Part shown: positions 28,185-37,948 of the stretch, piece after piece
How the letters are laid out: every line of letters begins with the position of its first letter
Numbering within the stretch: position 1 is the stretch's first letter
Assembly (NCBI GenBank): GCA_965222075.1
Contig: OZ244937.1
Span: 5,056,001-5,120,000, forward strand
Length of the DNA stretch: 64,000 bases
Direction: 5' to 3'
Origin: Candidatus Latescibacterota bacterium
Lineage (GTDB): Bacteria; Latescibacterota; UBA2968; GCA-2709665
Made by a program: the position numbers and the translations under genes
Notes under the pieces: model-generated
Seen by the model: the letters and a program-made list of their open reading frames with translations, nothing else
Told to the model about the DNA's origin: nothing
Databases searched by the model: none

Positions 28185-29276
28185 ATGAGCATCTGGCGCT
28201 GGGCAGGCTGGATCGAGCACGTGCCGGAAGAGGCCCGCATCACGCTGGGAGAGGGCGATACGCCGTTGGTACGCTCGAAGAAGATCGGCCCTGAGGCCGG
28301 GTTGCGGAATCTCTTTCTCAAGCTGGAGGCCGCCAACCCGACGGGATCATTCAAGGACCGGTTCGGTGCCGCCGCCGTTTCCCATATGGTTGCCCGGAGT
28401 CAACATACCTGTGTGGCGACATCGAGTGGGAATGCAGGGTCCTCTCTGGCGGCGTATTGTGCAGCATCGGGTGTGCCGTGCCGGATCGCCATTGTGGAGA
28501 CTGCCCCAGATCAAAAACTCCGGCAGATGATGGCCTATGGCGCCGACATTTTTCGGGTGCGGGATTTTGGATTGGATCCCGAGGTTACGCTCCGGACGTT
28601 TCAGGCTCTGGAGCGGATCGGCAGCCGGCCCGACGCAGCGCTGCAGGTGAGCGCCTATGTGTACAGTCCCCTGGGGATGAGCGGCGTGGAGACGCTGGGG
28701 CTGGAGCTGGCCGAGCAGTCGGAGGAGGCCATCGATCACGTATTCTGCCCGGCGGGGGGCTGCGGTTTGGCCGTTGCTGTGGCGCGCGGGTTCGCCCTTA
28801 TGGTTGAGCGGGGGAGGCTTGCGTATGGTCCGGCGATCGAGTGCGTGCAGCCGGAGGGGAACAACACGGCCGCAGGGCCGCTGCGCGAGGGGGCCGAACG
28901 CGCCCGTTCGGTGGAATCCACGACCCGTATCAGCGGACTTCAGGTGCCCACGGTGAACGACGGGGACCTGCTGATCCAGGCCTGTCGTCCGACCGGGGGG
29001 ACAGGGCACCTGGTGACGGATGAGGAGGTGTGGGAACTGCAAGGACGCCTGGCGCGGGAGGAGGGAATCTTTTGCGAACCGGCAGCAGCCGTGGCGGTGG
29101 CCGGTGCGCTCAATGCGGTGAGGGAAGGGATCGTGAGTCCGGACGCGAGGGTCGTCTGTCTGGTGACAGGTACCGGATTTAAAGATGCGTCATCGATTGA
29201 TCGGATGCTGAGTGATTTTTCCTGTGAGACCGTGGATTTATCGGCGCTGGAGCAGGAGGTTGCGGATTCGGACTGA
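28185..29276 (+). CDS. thrC: Threonine synthase-like PLP enzyme (fold type II)
   Basis: TLGEGDTPL, LKLEAANPTGSFKDR, SSGNAG, EGIFCEPA, VTGTGFK. Family-level call; may not be the housekeeping enzyme. Confidence 0.8.
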   Translation: MSIWRWAGWIEHVPEEARITLGEGDTPLVRSKKIGPEAGLRNLFLKLEAANPTGSFKDRFGAAAVSHMVARSQHTCVATSSGNAGSSLAAYCAASGVPCRIAIVETAPDQKLRQMMAYGADIFRVRDFGLDPEVTLRTFQALERIGSRPDAALQVSAYVYSPLGMSGVETLGLELAEQSEEAIDHVFCPAGGCGLAVAVARGFALMVERGRLAYGPAIECVQPEGNNTAAGPLREGAERARSVESTTRISGLQVPTVNDGDLLIQACRPTGGTGHLVTDEEVWELQGRLAREEGIFCEPAAAVAVAGALNAVREGIVSPDARVVCLVTGTGFKDASSIDRMLSDFSCETVDLSALEQEVADSD

Positions 29277-29316
29277 ATTTCCGGCGTTCCGGGTTCCAAC
29301 ACGAAAGGAGATTCTT

Positions 29317-31212
29317 ATGGCCGAGCTTGTGGTTCTATCAGCGGATGGTCGGGCGCGGTGCGCGGTTGAGGTTGCGGCAGAGGCGTCGGCGACGGAATTG
29401 ACGGCAGGGAAAGAGCTGGTGCGGTATCTGGAGAGGCTGGGAGGCGCTTCTATTGGCCTGCACGCAGGGAGCGGGAGTGGAGCCCCGGTGAGGATTCTGG
29501 TCGGGCGGCCTGCGCGAGACGAGCTTCGGCATCTGCCGGTGGGCGATCTGCGGGATGATGGGTTCTTGCTGCATGTGTCTCAGGGGGAGATTGCGCTGGT
29601 GGGGGCGAACGATCGTGGGACGCTGTATGCGGCGTATGAGCTGATCGAACGGCTGGGGGTGCGGTGGTACTGGCCGGGTTCGGAGAACGAGTTCCTTCCC
29701 GAGGTCGGCGATTTGACCCTGCGGACCGGTACCGAGGTGATCAACCCGTCGTTCAAATTCCGGCTTGCCCGGGGGATGTTTGCGGCTATGATGGGCGTGG
29801 GTGGGTATCCGCGTACGCTCTGGCAGGCTTTACCATCGCCCAGGAAGGAGCAGCTGCTGGACTGGGGTGTGAAGAACCGGCTCAATACGATTATCGAATT
29901 TCCCGGTCTGACGCAGGATAGTCTGGAAGAGGGTGACCTGTCTGCTTTCTTTGCCTGCCGCGGGGGCGTGGCGGGGGTGGATTCCGTTCACGCGTCACTG
30001 CATATGGTGAATCCGGATGTTTACTTTGATTCGCATCCCGAATACTTTGCCATGAACGAGCAGGGCGAACGCGTTTTGAACAAACGCGTCCACCACTGCC
30101 ACCTCTGTCTGTCGAATCCCGATGTGATCAATCTGGTGGTCCAGGAGGCGTTGAAGTCGATGGAGCGAAACCCGGAAGCGGGGCTGGCGAGCATCACACA
30201 GGCGGACGGTATTGACTACTGCATGTGTCCGGAGTGTCTGGCGAATTGCGATCAGGGGAATATGAGGTTTATGGACGGGGAATACGTTATTCGGACCAAC
30301 GATGTGATCCGATATGCCAATCGCGTTGCGGAGGTTTTTTGTGAAACGTGGCCGGACCGGTACGTTTACGTACTGGCCTATTTTCTGACGATGCCGCCTC
30401 CCACGATCCCGGTGCATCCCAATGTGCTGGTTCAGGTGACACACTCCTTAGGCGACCACTGCGTATTCAACCGGCCGCTGTCCGATCCGGTGGGGAACCA
30501 CCGGTTGCTGCAGGAGGATCTCAAGGGGTGGGAGGATTCCGGTGCGAAGCTGTGGTTTTACGATTACAATCCCGTCAGTTCGATGGCCCAGGCCCCCTAT
30601 CCGGTGGGCCGAAAGTTCCACGAGGACGTGAAGTGGCTGCACGCGCACAACTTTATTGGATACCATTCGCAGAGCGAGGGGACGATGTGGGGGTTGTACG
30701 GGTTGAACCACGTGTCGCTGGCAAGGACATTGTGGGATGTGGGGGTTGATTTCGACGCCTTGCAGAGGGATTATTTTCGATGTCTGTACGGCAGCGCGGC
30801 AGCGCCGGTGCAGGCGCTGCACGAGATGCTGGAGCGGGCGCTTGTGGAGTACGAGCCGCTGACGGTGGGGCTGGGGGCCTATTTGTCGCCGGAGGTGGTG
30901 GAGCAGGCGAGAGATTTGCTGCGGGAGGCCCGGCAGGCGGAAGGGTCGGATGCGGTTGGGACGCGGCTGGGTATGCTTGAAGCACAGGTTGATTACGGCG
31001 CCAGGCTGGCGGCGGCAAGCCGGACGGCGGCGGCGTACAGGCGAACCCGAGACGCGGATATATTGAGGCAGCTGAAGGAGGAGCGAGACGCTATTCTACG
31101 CTATGTTGAAGCACATCCGGTGGATGGGGCCTACCGTCTGGCGGGAGTCGATTTGGGGATCGATATCACCCTGATGGAAGACCACCGGCTCCTGCCAGAT
31201 CTGGCGAGGTAG
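29317..31212 (+). CDS. DUF4838-like protein with GH67/GH20-type N-terminal domain
   Basis: GANDRGTLYAAYELIERLGVRWY, HPEYFA, LCLSNPDV, C.C..C. Confidence 0.7.
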   Translation: MAELVVLSADGRARCAVEVAAEASATELTAGKELVRYLERLGGASIGLHAGSGSGAPVRILVGRPARDELRHLPVGDLRDDGFLLHVSQGEIALVGANDRGTLYAAYELIERLGVRWYWPGSENEFLPEVGDLTLRTGTEVINPSFKFRLARGMFAAMMGVGGYPRTLWQALPSPRKEQLLDWGVKNRLNTIIEFPGLTQDSLEEGDLSAFFACRGGVAGVDSVHASLHMVNPDVYFDSHPEYFAMNEQGERVLNKRVHHCHLCLSNPDVINLVVQEALKSMERNPEAGLASITQADGIDYCMCPECLANCDQGNMRFMDGEYVIRTNDVIRYANRVAEVFCETWPDRYVYVLAYFLTMPPPTIPVHPNVLVQVTHSLGDHCVFNRPLSDPVGNHRLLQEDLKGWEDSGAKLWFYDYNPVSSMAQAPYPVGRKFHEDVKWLHAHNFIGYHSQSEGTMWGLYGLNHVSLARTLWDVGVDFDALQRDYFRCLYGSAAAPVQALHEMLERALVEYEPLTVGLGAYLSPEVVEQARDLLREARQAEGSDAVGTRLGMLEAQVDYGARLAAASRTAAAYRRTRDADILRQLKEERDAILRYVEAHPVDGAYRLAGVDLGIDITLMEDHRLLPDLAR

Positions 31213-31315
31213 GGCGGGCGGGAAGCGCGTCTGAGGAGAGGGGGGATTGGGTGCAGGGGGGCGGGTTGTGCTTTTCTGAGAGCAAAGGCGGTTACGCTTA
31301 TCAAAGGAGCATGAG

Positions 31316-32068
31316 ATGGCTTACGACGTGGCAGATGCCGCAGCCCGGTTCCATGAAGACGGGTTCGTCCTGGTGGAGGGATTTTTGAGTCCGGACGAAG
31401 TCGATAGACTCGATCAGGAACTGGAGAGATATATGAAAGAGGTTCTTCCCGGGGTGGACAAGAGAGATGTGTTCTACGAGTCGGGTTCGAGTGGGGCCAT
31501 CACCCACACCGGCGGGCTGGACCAGTACGATGACTACTTCAGGAATTTTGTGAATCGGGCCGATGTGGTGGGGCTGATGGAGGCGTGTGTCGGATCTCAG
31601 GTGGAGTTGCTGGGAGCGGAGGTGTTCTTCAAGGCACCCTGGAAAGGAACGGCCACACCCTATCACCAGGACAACGCCTATATGCATTTCGACCCTGCCG
31701 AGGGGGCCGCATTCTGGCTTGCTCTGGACGATACCACGGTAGAAAATGGGGCGATGCATTATGCGCGGGGTGTGTTCAAACTGGGCGATCTGGACCACTT
31801 TGAGACCAATGAATTTCCTTTTAGCAAACAGCAGTCCGAGGCGCCCGATCCGGTCAAGTATCCGGAGGTACCTGCGGTCCTGGGGCGAGGGGGTGCGGCG
31901 ATTCACCATATTCAGACGCCTCACCGTACCGGTCCCAACAATACCGACCGGATGCGGCGCGGGCTGGTGTGCAGCTTCAAGGGGGTGAACGCGCAGGTGA
32001 ACGAAGCATGGAGGGCCTCCCACGCGGCCTATACCGGCCGGCTGCACAAGGAACTGGGGAATGTGTAG
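31316..32068 (+). CDS. PhyH-family Fe(II)/2-oxoglutarate dioxygenase
   Basis: TPYHQDN (HxD), WLALDD...ENG, PHRT..N..DRMRR. Confidence 0.92.
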   Translation: MAYDVADAAARFHEDGFVLVEGFLSPDEVDRLDQELERYMKEVLPGVDKRDVFYESGSSGAITHTGGLDQYDDYFRNFVNRADVVGLMEACVGSQVELLGAEVFFKAPWKGTATPYHQDNAYMHFDPAEGAAFWLALDDTTVENGAMHYARGVFKLGDLDHFETNEFPFSKQQSEAPDPVKYPEVPAVLGRGGAAIHHIQTPHRTGPNNTDRMRRGLVCSFKGVNAQVNEAWRASHAAYTGRLHKELGNV

Positions 32069-32113
32069 CGATCGGGCGCTTCTTGGATTCTCAGATGAGA
32101 GGGATCTCTGGAC

Positions 32114-33658
32114 ATGGCAACCGACGTTGTTGTAATCGGGGCGGGGCACAATGGCCTGGTCTGCGCGGGGTATCTGGCCAGGGCGGGGCTGGATGTGGTG
32201 GTGGTGGAGCGAAGCGGACGCATCGGGGGCGCGTGTGTGACCGAGGAGCTGGTTCCCGGGTACCGGTTCTCCACTTTCGCATACGGGGCGCACGGTCCGG
32301 GACCCGGGATCTGCCGCGATCTGGACGTTCCTGCGGATGCCTTCGTTGTGGAGGCGCTGGATCCGACGATGCTGGCTCCTTACCCGGACGGAGATGGGAT
32401 TGTGCTCTGGTCGGATGTCGAGCGAACGGCGGCGGGGCTGGAACGGTTCGGGCCGGGCGAAGCCGAGGGGTACCTGGCTTATACCCGGTTCATGAACGAA
32501 GCCATCGATCTTGCGGAAGAATGGTTTCTGAGTCCGCCGATGACGCACGGCGAGCTGTACGCGCGCTACCGGGGTACGCGTCGGGCTGCTGTTCTGGAAG
32601 CGATGTTGACGCGCAGCCACTGGGATGTGTTGGGCGACTATTTTGGGAATGAGAAGGTCAAGAGCGCTCTGAGCCGGTCCGATGATTACGGGTATCCAAC
32701 CGCCGCCGGGTCCCTGCTGGCCGAAGCCGTGGAGTCGGCCAGCAGAGGCGCCGGGGTGGAGGGGAAGAGCGGGATTGTGCGTGGGGGAATGGGCGAGATC
32801 ACGGGGGCGCTGGCCTCTGCGGCGCGAGGGTTTGGCGTTGAGATCCGCGTGAATTGCCCGGTGGAGGAGATTGAAGTGGAGCAGAGTCGAGCCGTGGGTG
32901 TTCGGCTGGCGAACGGTGAGTTGCTGCGGGCCGGACGGGTTGTTTCCAATGCGGATCCGAAACGGACGTTTCTCAAGCTTGTGGACGCTTCCCATCTGGA
33001 TTCGGGATTCCGGCGGCAGGTGGAAAGGATCAAAACCCGGGCCGGCTACATGAAGTACCACGCGGCGCTTTCGGGCGTACCGCGTTTCTCCGCCGTTTCC
33101 CCGGAGCTGGCCGACGATGCCCGGGCCGTCGCTCACGTCCGGATTTCGCCCAGCCTGGAGTACGTGGAACGGGCCTGGCTGGATGCGCAGTCGGGCATAC
33201 CCGCCCGCGATCCGGTGATGAGCCTGCAGCTGCCTACGGTGTACGATCCGCAGATGGCCCCTCCGGGCAAGCAGGTTTTTGGGGCCTGGGTACGGTTCGC
33301 CCCGGCCCGACCCCTGGAGGGCAACTGGGACGAACTGCGGGAGCCGACGATGGAGAATATCGTTCGGGTTATCGAGGATTATGCTCCCGGTTTCAGCGAC
33401 CTGATTGAGTGGCAGAGGCTCTACACACCGGCGGATATCGAGCGGGAGACCGGGATTACGGATGCGAGCATCCGGCACGTGGATATGACGCTGGATCAGA
33501 TGCTGCACCGGCGGCCGCTGCCAGCCTGGTCTACGTACAAGACGCCCTTAGAGGGCCTTTATCTGTGCGGGTCCGGGACGCATCCGTGCGGTTCGGTCAC
33601 GGGTGGGCCGGGCCACAATGCCGCACACGCCATACTGAGCGAGTCCGGGGGAGGATGA
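32114..33658 (+). CDS. Phytoene-desaturase-like FAD-dependent oxidoreductase
   Basis: VIGAGHNGL..YLARAG, GGACVTEE, YLCGSGTHP.G.VTG.PG.NAA. Confidence 0.9.
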   Translation: MATDVVVIGAGHNGLVCAGYLARAGLDVVVVERSGRIGGACVTEELVPGYRFSTFAYGAHGPGPGICRDLDVPADAFVVEALDPTMLAPYPDGDGIVLWSDVERTAAGLERFGPGEAEGYLAYTRFMNEAIDLAEEWFLSPPMTHGELYARYRGTRRAAVLEAMLTRSHWDVLGDYFGNEKVKSALSRSDDYGYPTAAGSLLAEAVESASRGAGVEGKSGIVRGGMGEITGALASAARGFGVEIRVNCPVEEIEVEQSRAVGVRLANGELLRAGRVVSNADPKRTFLKLVDASHLDSGFRRQVERIKTRAGYMKYHAALSGVPRFSAVSPELADDARAVAHVRISPSLEYVERAWLDAQSGIPARDPVMSLQLPTVYDPQMAPPGKQVFGAWVRFAPARPLEGNWDELREPTMENIVRVIEDYAPGFSDLIEWQRLYTPADIERETGITDASIRHVDMTLDQMLHRRPLPAWSTYKTPLEGLYLCGSGTHPCGSVTGGPGHNAAHAILSESGGG

Positions 33659-33709
33659 GCGTGAACCCTGAATTGGAGAACCTGGTCAGGACTGCCGGAG
33701 GAAGCGGCT

Positions 33710-34918
33710 GTGGATTTCGAACTGAGTGAAGCGCACCGGATGATCGCGAAGATGGTGTATGATTTCGCTCGCGGGGAGGTTATGCCCATCATCAAAGCAC
33801 ACGACCGGAACCACACCTTTCCGGAGGAGCTGTTGCCCAGGATGGCCGCCCAGGGCTTCCTGGGTGTCTGTTTGCCCGTGCGGTATGGCGGGGCGGGCAT
33901 GGACTATATTTCTCTGGGGCTGGTTTCCGAGGGATTGGAGTGGGCGGACTCCTCGGTTCGAGAGACGATTGCGGTGCATCTGGGATTGCACGCGCTGCCG
34001 ATTTTTCAGTGGGGAACCGAGGAGCAGAAGGAGCGGTTGCTGCCGCCGTTGGCTACGGGCGAGCATATTGCGTGCTTCGGGTTGACCGAGCCTGGATCCG
34101 GCTCCGACGTGGGCGGCATGACCAGCAGCGCGCGAAAAGAGGGGGATCACTATGTTTTGAGTGGTGAGAAGATGTGGATTACCCTGGCCGATGTGGCCGA
34201 TCGCATGCTGGTGTTTGCAAAGACGGATCCGGACATGGGGGCCCGAGGGATTACCGCCTTTATTCTGGAGCGGGGTTGGGCCGGGTTGACGACCGGTACG
34301 ATTGAGGGAAAGATGGGCGTTCGGGCAAGTAACACCGGGTGGATCAATATGGACCAGGTGCCGGTGCCCGAGACCCACCGATTGGGCGAAGAGGGTGAAG
34401 GGTTCAAGATTGCGATGAGCGCCCTGGACAACGGGCGCTATACGGTCGCGTCGGGGGCGGTTGGACTGATGAAATGCTGCCTTGAGGAGTCTGTGACGTA
34501 TGCGCGGGAGCGCAATACATTCGGAAAGCCGATTTCGGAGTACCAGCTTGTACAGGGGATGATCGCCCTGATGCGGCAGCGTATTGATCTGGGGGAGCTG
34601 CTGGTGAGAAAAGTGGGTTGGATGAAGAACCGGGGCATTCGGAATACGCGCGAGACCAGTATGGCCAAGTGGTACTGTACCGAGGCGGCCAGTGAGACGG
34701 CGAACGATGCGGTCCAGATTCATGGCGCGTACGGTTATTCGGATGAGTACAATGTGGAGCGTCACCTGCGCAACAGCAAGAGTGCGGTGATCTACGAGGG
34801 GACGTCTCAGATTCACCAGTTGATGCAGGCGAGTTATGTTCTGGGGACACGCGAGGATCGGGCGTTGCGTTGTGAGTTGCCGGCTTATGATGCGGAAGGA
34901 TGGCAGGCGGAGGGTTGA
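33710..34918 (+). CDS. Acyl-CoA dehydrogenase
   Basis: [31 protein letters not shown] with the catalytic Glu. Confidence 0.95.
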   Translation: MDFELSEAHRMIAKMVYDFARGEVMPIIKAHDRNHTFPEELLPRMAAQGFLGVCLPVRYGGAGMDYISLGLVSEGLEWADSSVRETIAVHLGLHALPIFQWGTEEQKERLLPPLATGEHIACFGLTEPGSGSDVGGMTSSARKEGDHYVLSGEKMWITLADVADRMLVFAKTDPDMGARGITAFILERGWAGLTTGTIEGKMGVRASNTGWINMDQVPVPETHRLGEEGEGFKIAMSALDNGRYTVASGAVGLMKCCLEESVTYARERNTFGKPISEYQLVQGMIALMRQRIDLGELLVRKVGWMKNRGIRNTRETSMAKWYCTEAASETANDAVQIHGAYGYSDEYNVERHLRNSKSAVIYEGTSQIHQLMQASYVLGTREDRALRCELPAYDAEGWQAEG

Positions 34919-34943
34919 TTTTTCGGGGAGCGGAGGAGAGGGT

Positions 34944-35738
34944 ATGAAGATTATTGCGCTGGTGAAGCAGGTGCCGGATACGGCCAGGTTGACCGGGTCG
35001 GTTGACGGTCTGAAACTGATGGCGGAGGGTGGGCCCAGGATTGTGAATCCCTGGGATGAGTACGCACTGGAGGCGGCGATTCAGTTGAAGGAAGCGCACG
35101 GGGGAACGGTTACTGTTCTGAGTATGGGCAGACCGGAAGCTGTTGAAGCGCTCAAGCAGGGGCTTGCGATGGGGGCCGATGAGGCCGTGCTGGTTTCGGA
35201 CCCGGCGCTGGAAGGGAGTGACAGCCTGATTACGGCTCGTGTACTGGTCGCAGCGATTCGGAGGGTCGGCGAATTCGACATGGTGGTTGCGGGAAGGTCT
35301 GCGATTGATGGGAATTCGGCGGCAACGGCCGTTCAGGTGGCCGCTCTGCTGGACGTTCCCCAGGTTTCGTACGTTGCCCGCCTGGAGGTTGTGGATGCGG
35401 CGGCCGGAAAGATTGTGGCGGTGCGGCTTCTTGAAGGGGGCATGGAAACGGTCAGCAGCAGGCTGCCGGCGGTGATCTCCGTGGTCAAGGAGATCAACGA
35501 GCCGAGGTACCCAGGCTTTATGGGCATTCGCCGGGCGGCCAGTGCGAAGATTCCCACCTGGGGGATTTCGGAACTGGGGTTCGAGCCCGATCAGGTGGGT
35601 GAAGCCGGGGCGCAGGTGAGGTGGCCGGAGGTCGCGGCGCCGGAGGCGAGAGAGGCCCGGGTGGAGATGATCGAAGGGCCGCCTGAGGAGGCCGCCAGGA
35701 TTCTGGTAGACAGGCTGGTTGCTGATGGGGTGATCTGA
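34944..35738 (+). CDS. etfB: Electron transfer flavoprotein beta subunit
   Basis: MKIIALVKQVPD, NPWDEYALE, AMGAD, EINEPRY. Confidence 0.95.
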   Translation: MKIIALVKQVPDTARLTGSVDGLKLMAEGGPRIVNPWDEYALEAAIQLKEAHGGTVTVLSMGRPEAVEALKQGLAMGADEAVLVSDPALEGSDSLITARVLVAAIRRVGEFDMVVAGRSAIDGNSAATAVQVAALLDVPQVSYVARLEVVDAAAGKIVAVRLLEGGMETVSSRLPAVISVVKEINEPRYPGFMGIRRAASAKIPTWGISELGFEPDQVGEAGAQVRWPEVAAPEAREARVEMIEGPPEEAARILVDRLVADGVI

Positions 35739-36733
35739 TGGTTGGACGATATACGGCAGATGTGTTCTTGTGGGTCGATCAAGCCGAGGGCAAGGCGGAT
35801 CGGGTGGCGTGGGAAGCTCTTGGTGCTGCGTGTGAGGTGGCTGGTGAGCTGGGGGGGCGGATTGTGGCGCTTGTACTGGGTGGGGATGTGGATGGCCTGG
35901 CAGAAGAAGCCATTCAACGTGGTGCGGACCGCGCGTTTGTTGGCAGCGATCCAACGCTCAGTCGGTTTCGGGTAGAGCCCTATGCAGCACTGGTTGCCCG
36001 GCTGGTCCGGGAACACGCACCTGCCGCACTGGTGATGGGGGCAAGCAATGCCGGACTGGAAATGGCGGCCTACGTTGCCGCCAGATTGGGTGTGGGACTG
36101 GCTTCGGATTGCATCGGCCTGGCCGTTGAGGGGAGCAGCCTGGTGGCGACGAGGCCCGCACTGATCGGCAATGTGATGGCCCGGGTGGTTTTTGGTGATG
36201 CGCGTCCTGTGGTGGTTACGGTACGACGACGTGTGTTTCCTGCGCCGGATCCGGATCCGAGTCGACAGGGCGATATTGCGGCCGTAGATCCCGCGATGGC
36301 GGAAGAGGATATCACCACCAAGATTGACGGGTTCGAACCCACGGCCGGAGAGGTCAGTTTGACGGATGCCAGGGTGATTGTGTCCGGCGGACGCGGCGTT
36401 GGGGGGCCTGAGGGGTTCAGACCGATTCAGGCGCTGGCCGATGCGATCGGCGGAGCGCTGGGCGCCAGCCGAGCGGCGGTAGACGCCGGGTGGATCCCCT
36501 ATGCGCACCAGGTGGGGCAGACGGGCAAAACGGTTCAGCCCGATCTCTATATCGCGTGCGGCATTTCAGGGGCGGTGCAGCATCTGGCGGGGATGAAGAC
36601 AGCAAAGGTGATTGTGGCGATCAACCAGAATGCCACTGCGCCTATTTTCAACTTCGCCCATTATGGTATTGTGGGTGATTTGTTTGAATATGTGCCGGTG
36701 TTGGTGGAGGAGGTTAAGAAACGACAGCGATGA
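35738..36733 (+). CDS. etfA: Electron transfer flavoprotein alpha subunit
   Basis: VSGGRG, ASRAAVDAGW, QVGQTGK, GISGAVQHLAGM; TGATG overlap with etfB. Confidence 0.96.
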   Translation: MVGRYTADVFLWVDQAEGKADRVAWEALGAACEVAGELGGRIVALVLGGDVDGLAEEAIQRGADRAFVGSDPTLSRFRVEPYAALVARLVREHAPAALVMGASNAGLEMAAYVAARLGVGLASDCIGLAVEGSSLVATRPALIGNVMARVVFGDARPVVVTVRRRVFPAPDPDPSRQGDIAAVDPAMAEEDITTKIDGFEPTAGEVSLTDARVIVSGGRGVGGPEGFRPIQALADAIGGALGASRAAVDAGWIPYAHQVGQTGKTVQPDLYIACGISGAVQHLAGMKTAKVIVAINQNATAPIFNFAHYGIVGDLFEYVPVLVEEVKKRQR

Positions 36734-36746
36734 TGGAGGCCATGCG

Positions 36747-37739
36747 ATGAAAACATTAGGCGTTGGTATTGTGGGAATCGGACACGCAGGTAGGGAGCAC
36801 TTCAAGGCATTCGGAGAGAATCCGGATGCAGAGGTGCGGGCGGTCTGGGCTCCAAGCAGGAACAGGCTGGATCTTTTCCCGGGTCCCGGTGATTTGTTTG
36901 CGTCGAGCTATGAGGCGATGCTGGACCGTAAAGATATCGACATTATCTCTCTGTGCAGTCCTAACTACGCCCATGCGGATCAGGCGGTGATGGCGGTGGC
37001 GGCGGGTAAGCACGTGATCTGTGAGAAGCCCCTGGCGACCTCTCTTGAAGACTGCGAGCGGATTGTCCGGGCGGCCGATAAGCGACGCGAGCTCAAGTTT
37101 ATGGTGGGGCAGAGCGCGCGGTTCAATCCGATTTGCAAGACGATCAAGCGGTTGTACGATGGTGGAGACCTGGGGGAGGCCTTTTACGCCGAGGCGGATT
37201 ATCTTCACAATATCGAGAAGCGGATCAAGGACTGGTGGGCCGACAGTCAGAACCCTCATTTTGGATTGATGGGCGGCGGCGTCCACCCCATCGACCTCCT
37301 GCGCTGGATCGTGGGGGATATCGAAGAGGTGTATGCGCTTTCCAACCACAAGGTGATCGCCGATTTCCCACACCACGACGCCTTTCTTATGAATTTCAAG
37401 TTCGAGAACGGGTGTCTGGGCAAGATGGCCGCGTTTCTGGGGTGCCAGCGTCCCTACCAGATGAACCTGGCTATCTATGGAACGAAAGGAACGGTGATCA
37501 ACGATCGGCTGTATCTCAGCAAGATCGAGGAGTTAGAGGATTTCATGCCGCTACCGATTACGATTCTCGCCGAGCACCCGACATTCGGTGAGGAGATGGG
37601 GCATTTTGTGGATTGTATTCTGAACGATAAGACACCGATGATCGATTTGCGGGACGGGGCAAAATCGGCGGCGACGTGCATTGCCGGCGGGGAGTCGGTT
37701 GAGACGGGCAGGCCGGTGGTGGTGAAGAATGACTTTTGA
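36747..37739 (+). CDS. Gfo/Idh/MocA-family oxidoreductase
   Basis: GIVGIG, AGKHVICEKP, GGVHPIDL. Confidence 0.93.
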   Translation: MKTLGVGIVGIGHAGREHFKAFGENPDAEVRAVWAPSRNRLDLFPGPGDLFASSYEAMLDRKDIDIISLCSPNYAHADQAVMAVAAGKHVICEKPLATSLEDCERIVRAADKRRELKFMVGQSARFNPICKTIKRLYDGGDLGEAFYAEADYLHNIEKRIKDWWADSQNPHFGLMGGGVHPIDLLRWIVGDIEEVYALSNHKVIADFPHHDAFLMNFKFENGCLGKMAAFLGCQRPYQMNLAIYGTKGTVINDRLYLSKIEELEDFMPLPITILAEHPTFGEEMGHFVDCILNDKTPMIDLRDGAKSAATCIAGGESVETGRPVVVKNDF

Positions 37740-37948
37740 CCTAACCCCCCCGGGGGATCCAGCAGGGAGCGGGTATGCGGGCTGAGCGCGTTGGTTTCAA
37801 TGCCGGGGGAGCAGGAGACGTGTTGACCCGGCGGAGGTGACACTGATCAGTCCGGGTACGAAGGGCGCGTATCTTGAGGCTTTGGCGGCTGTGTTGTTTG
37901 CCATTGGCACGACGACAGGTGAGGTCATTTTCCACGGAAAAACGGGTA

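Noticed and set aside
32114-33658. Carotenoid biosynthesis (crtI)
   Set aside because: No crtB or crtE nearby; the broad family includes many non-carotenoid enzymes.
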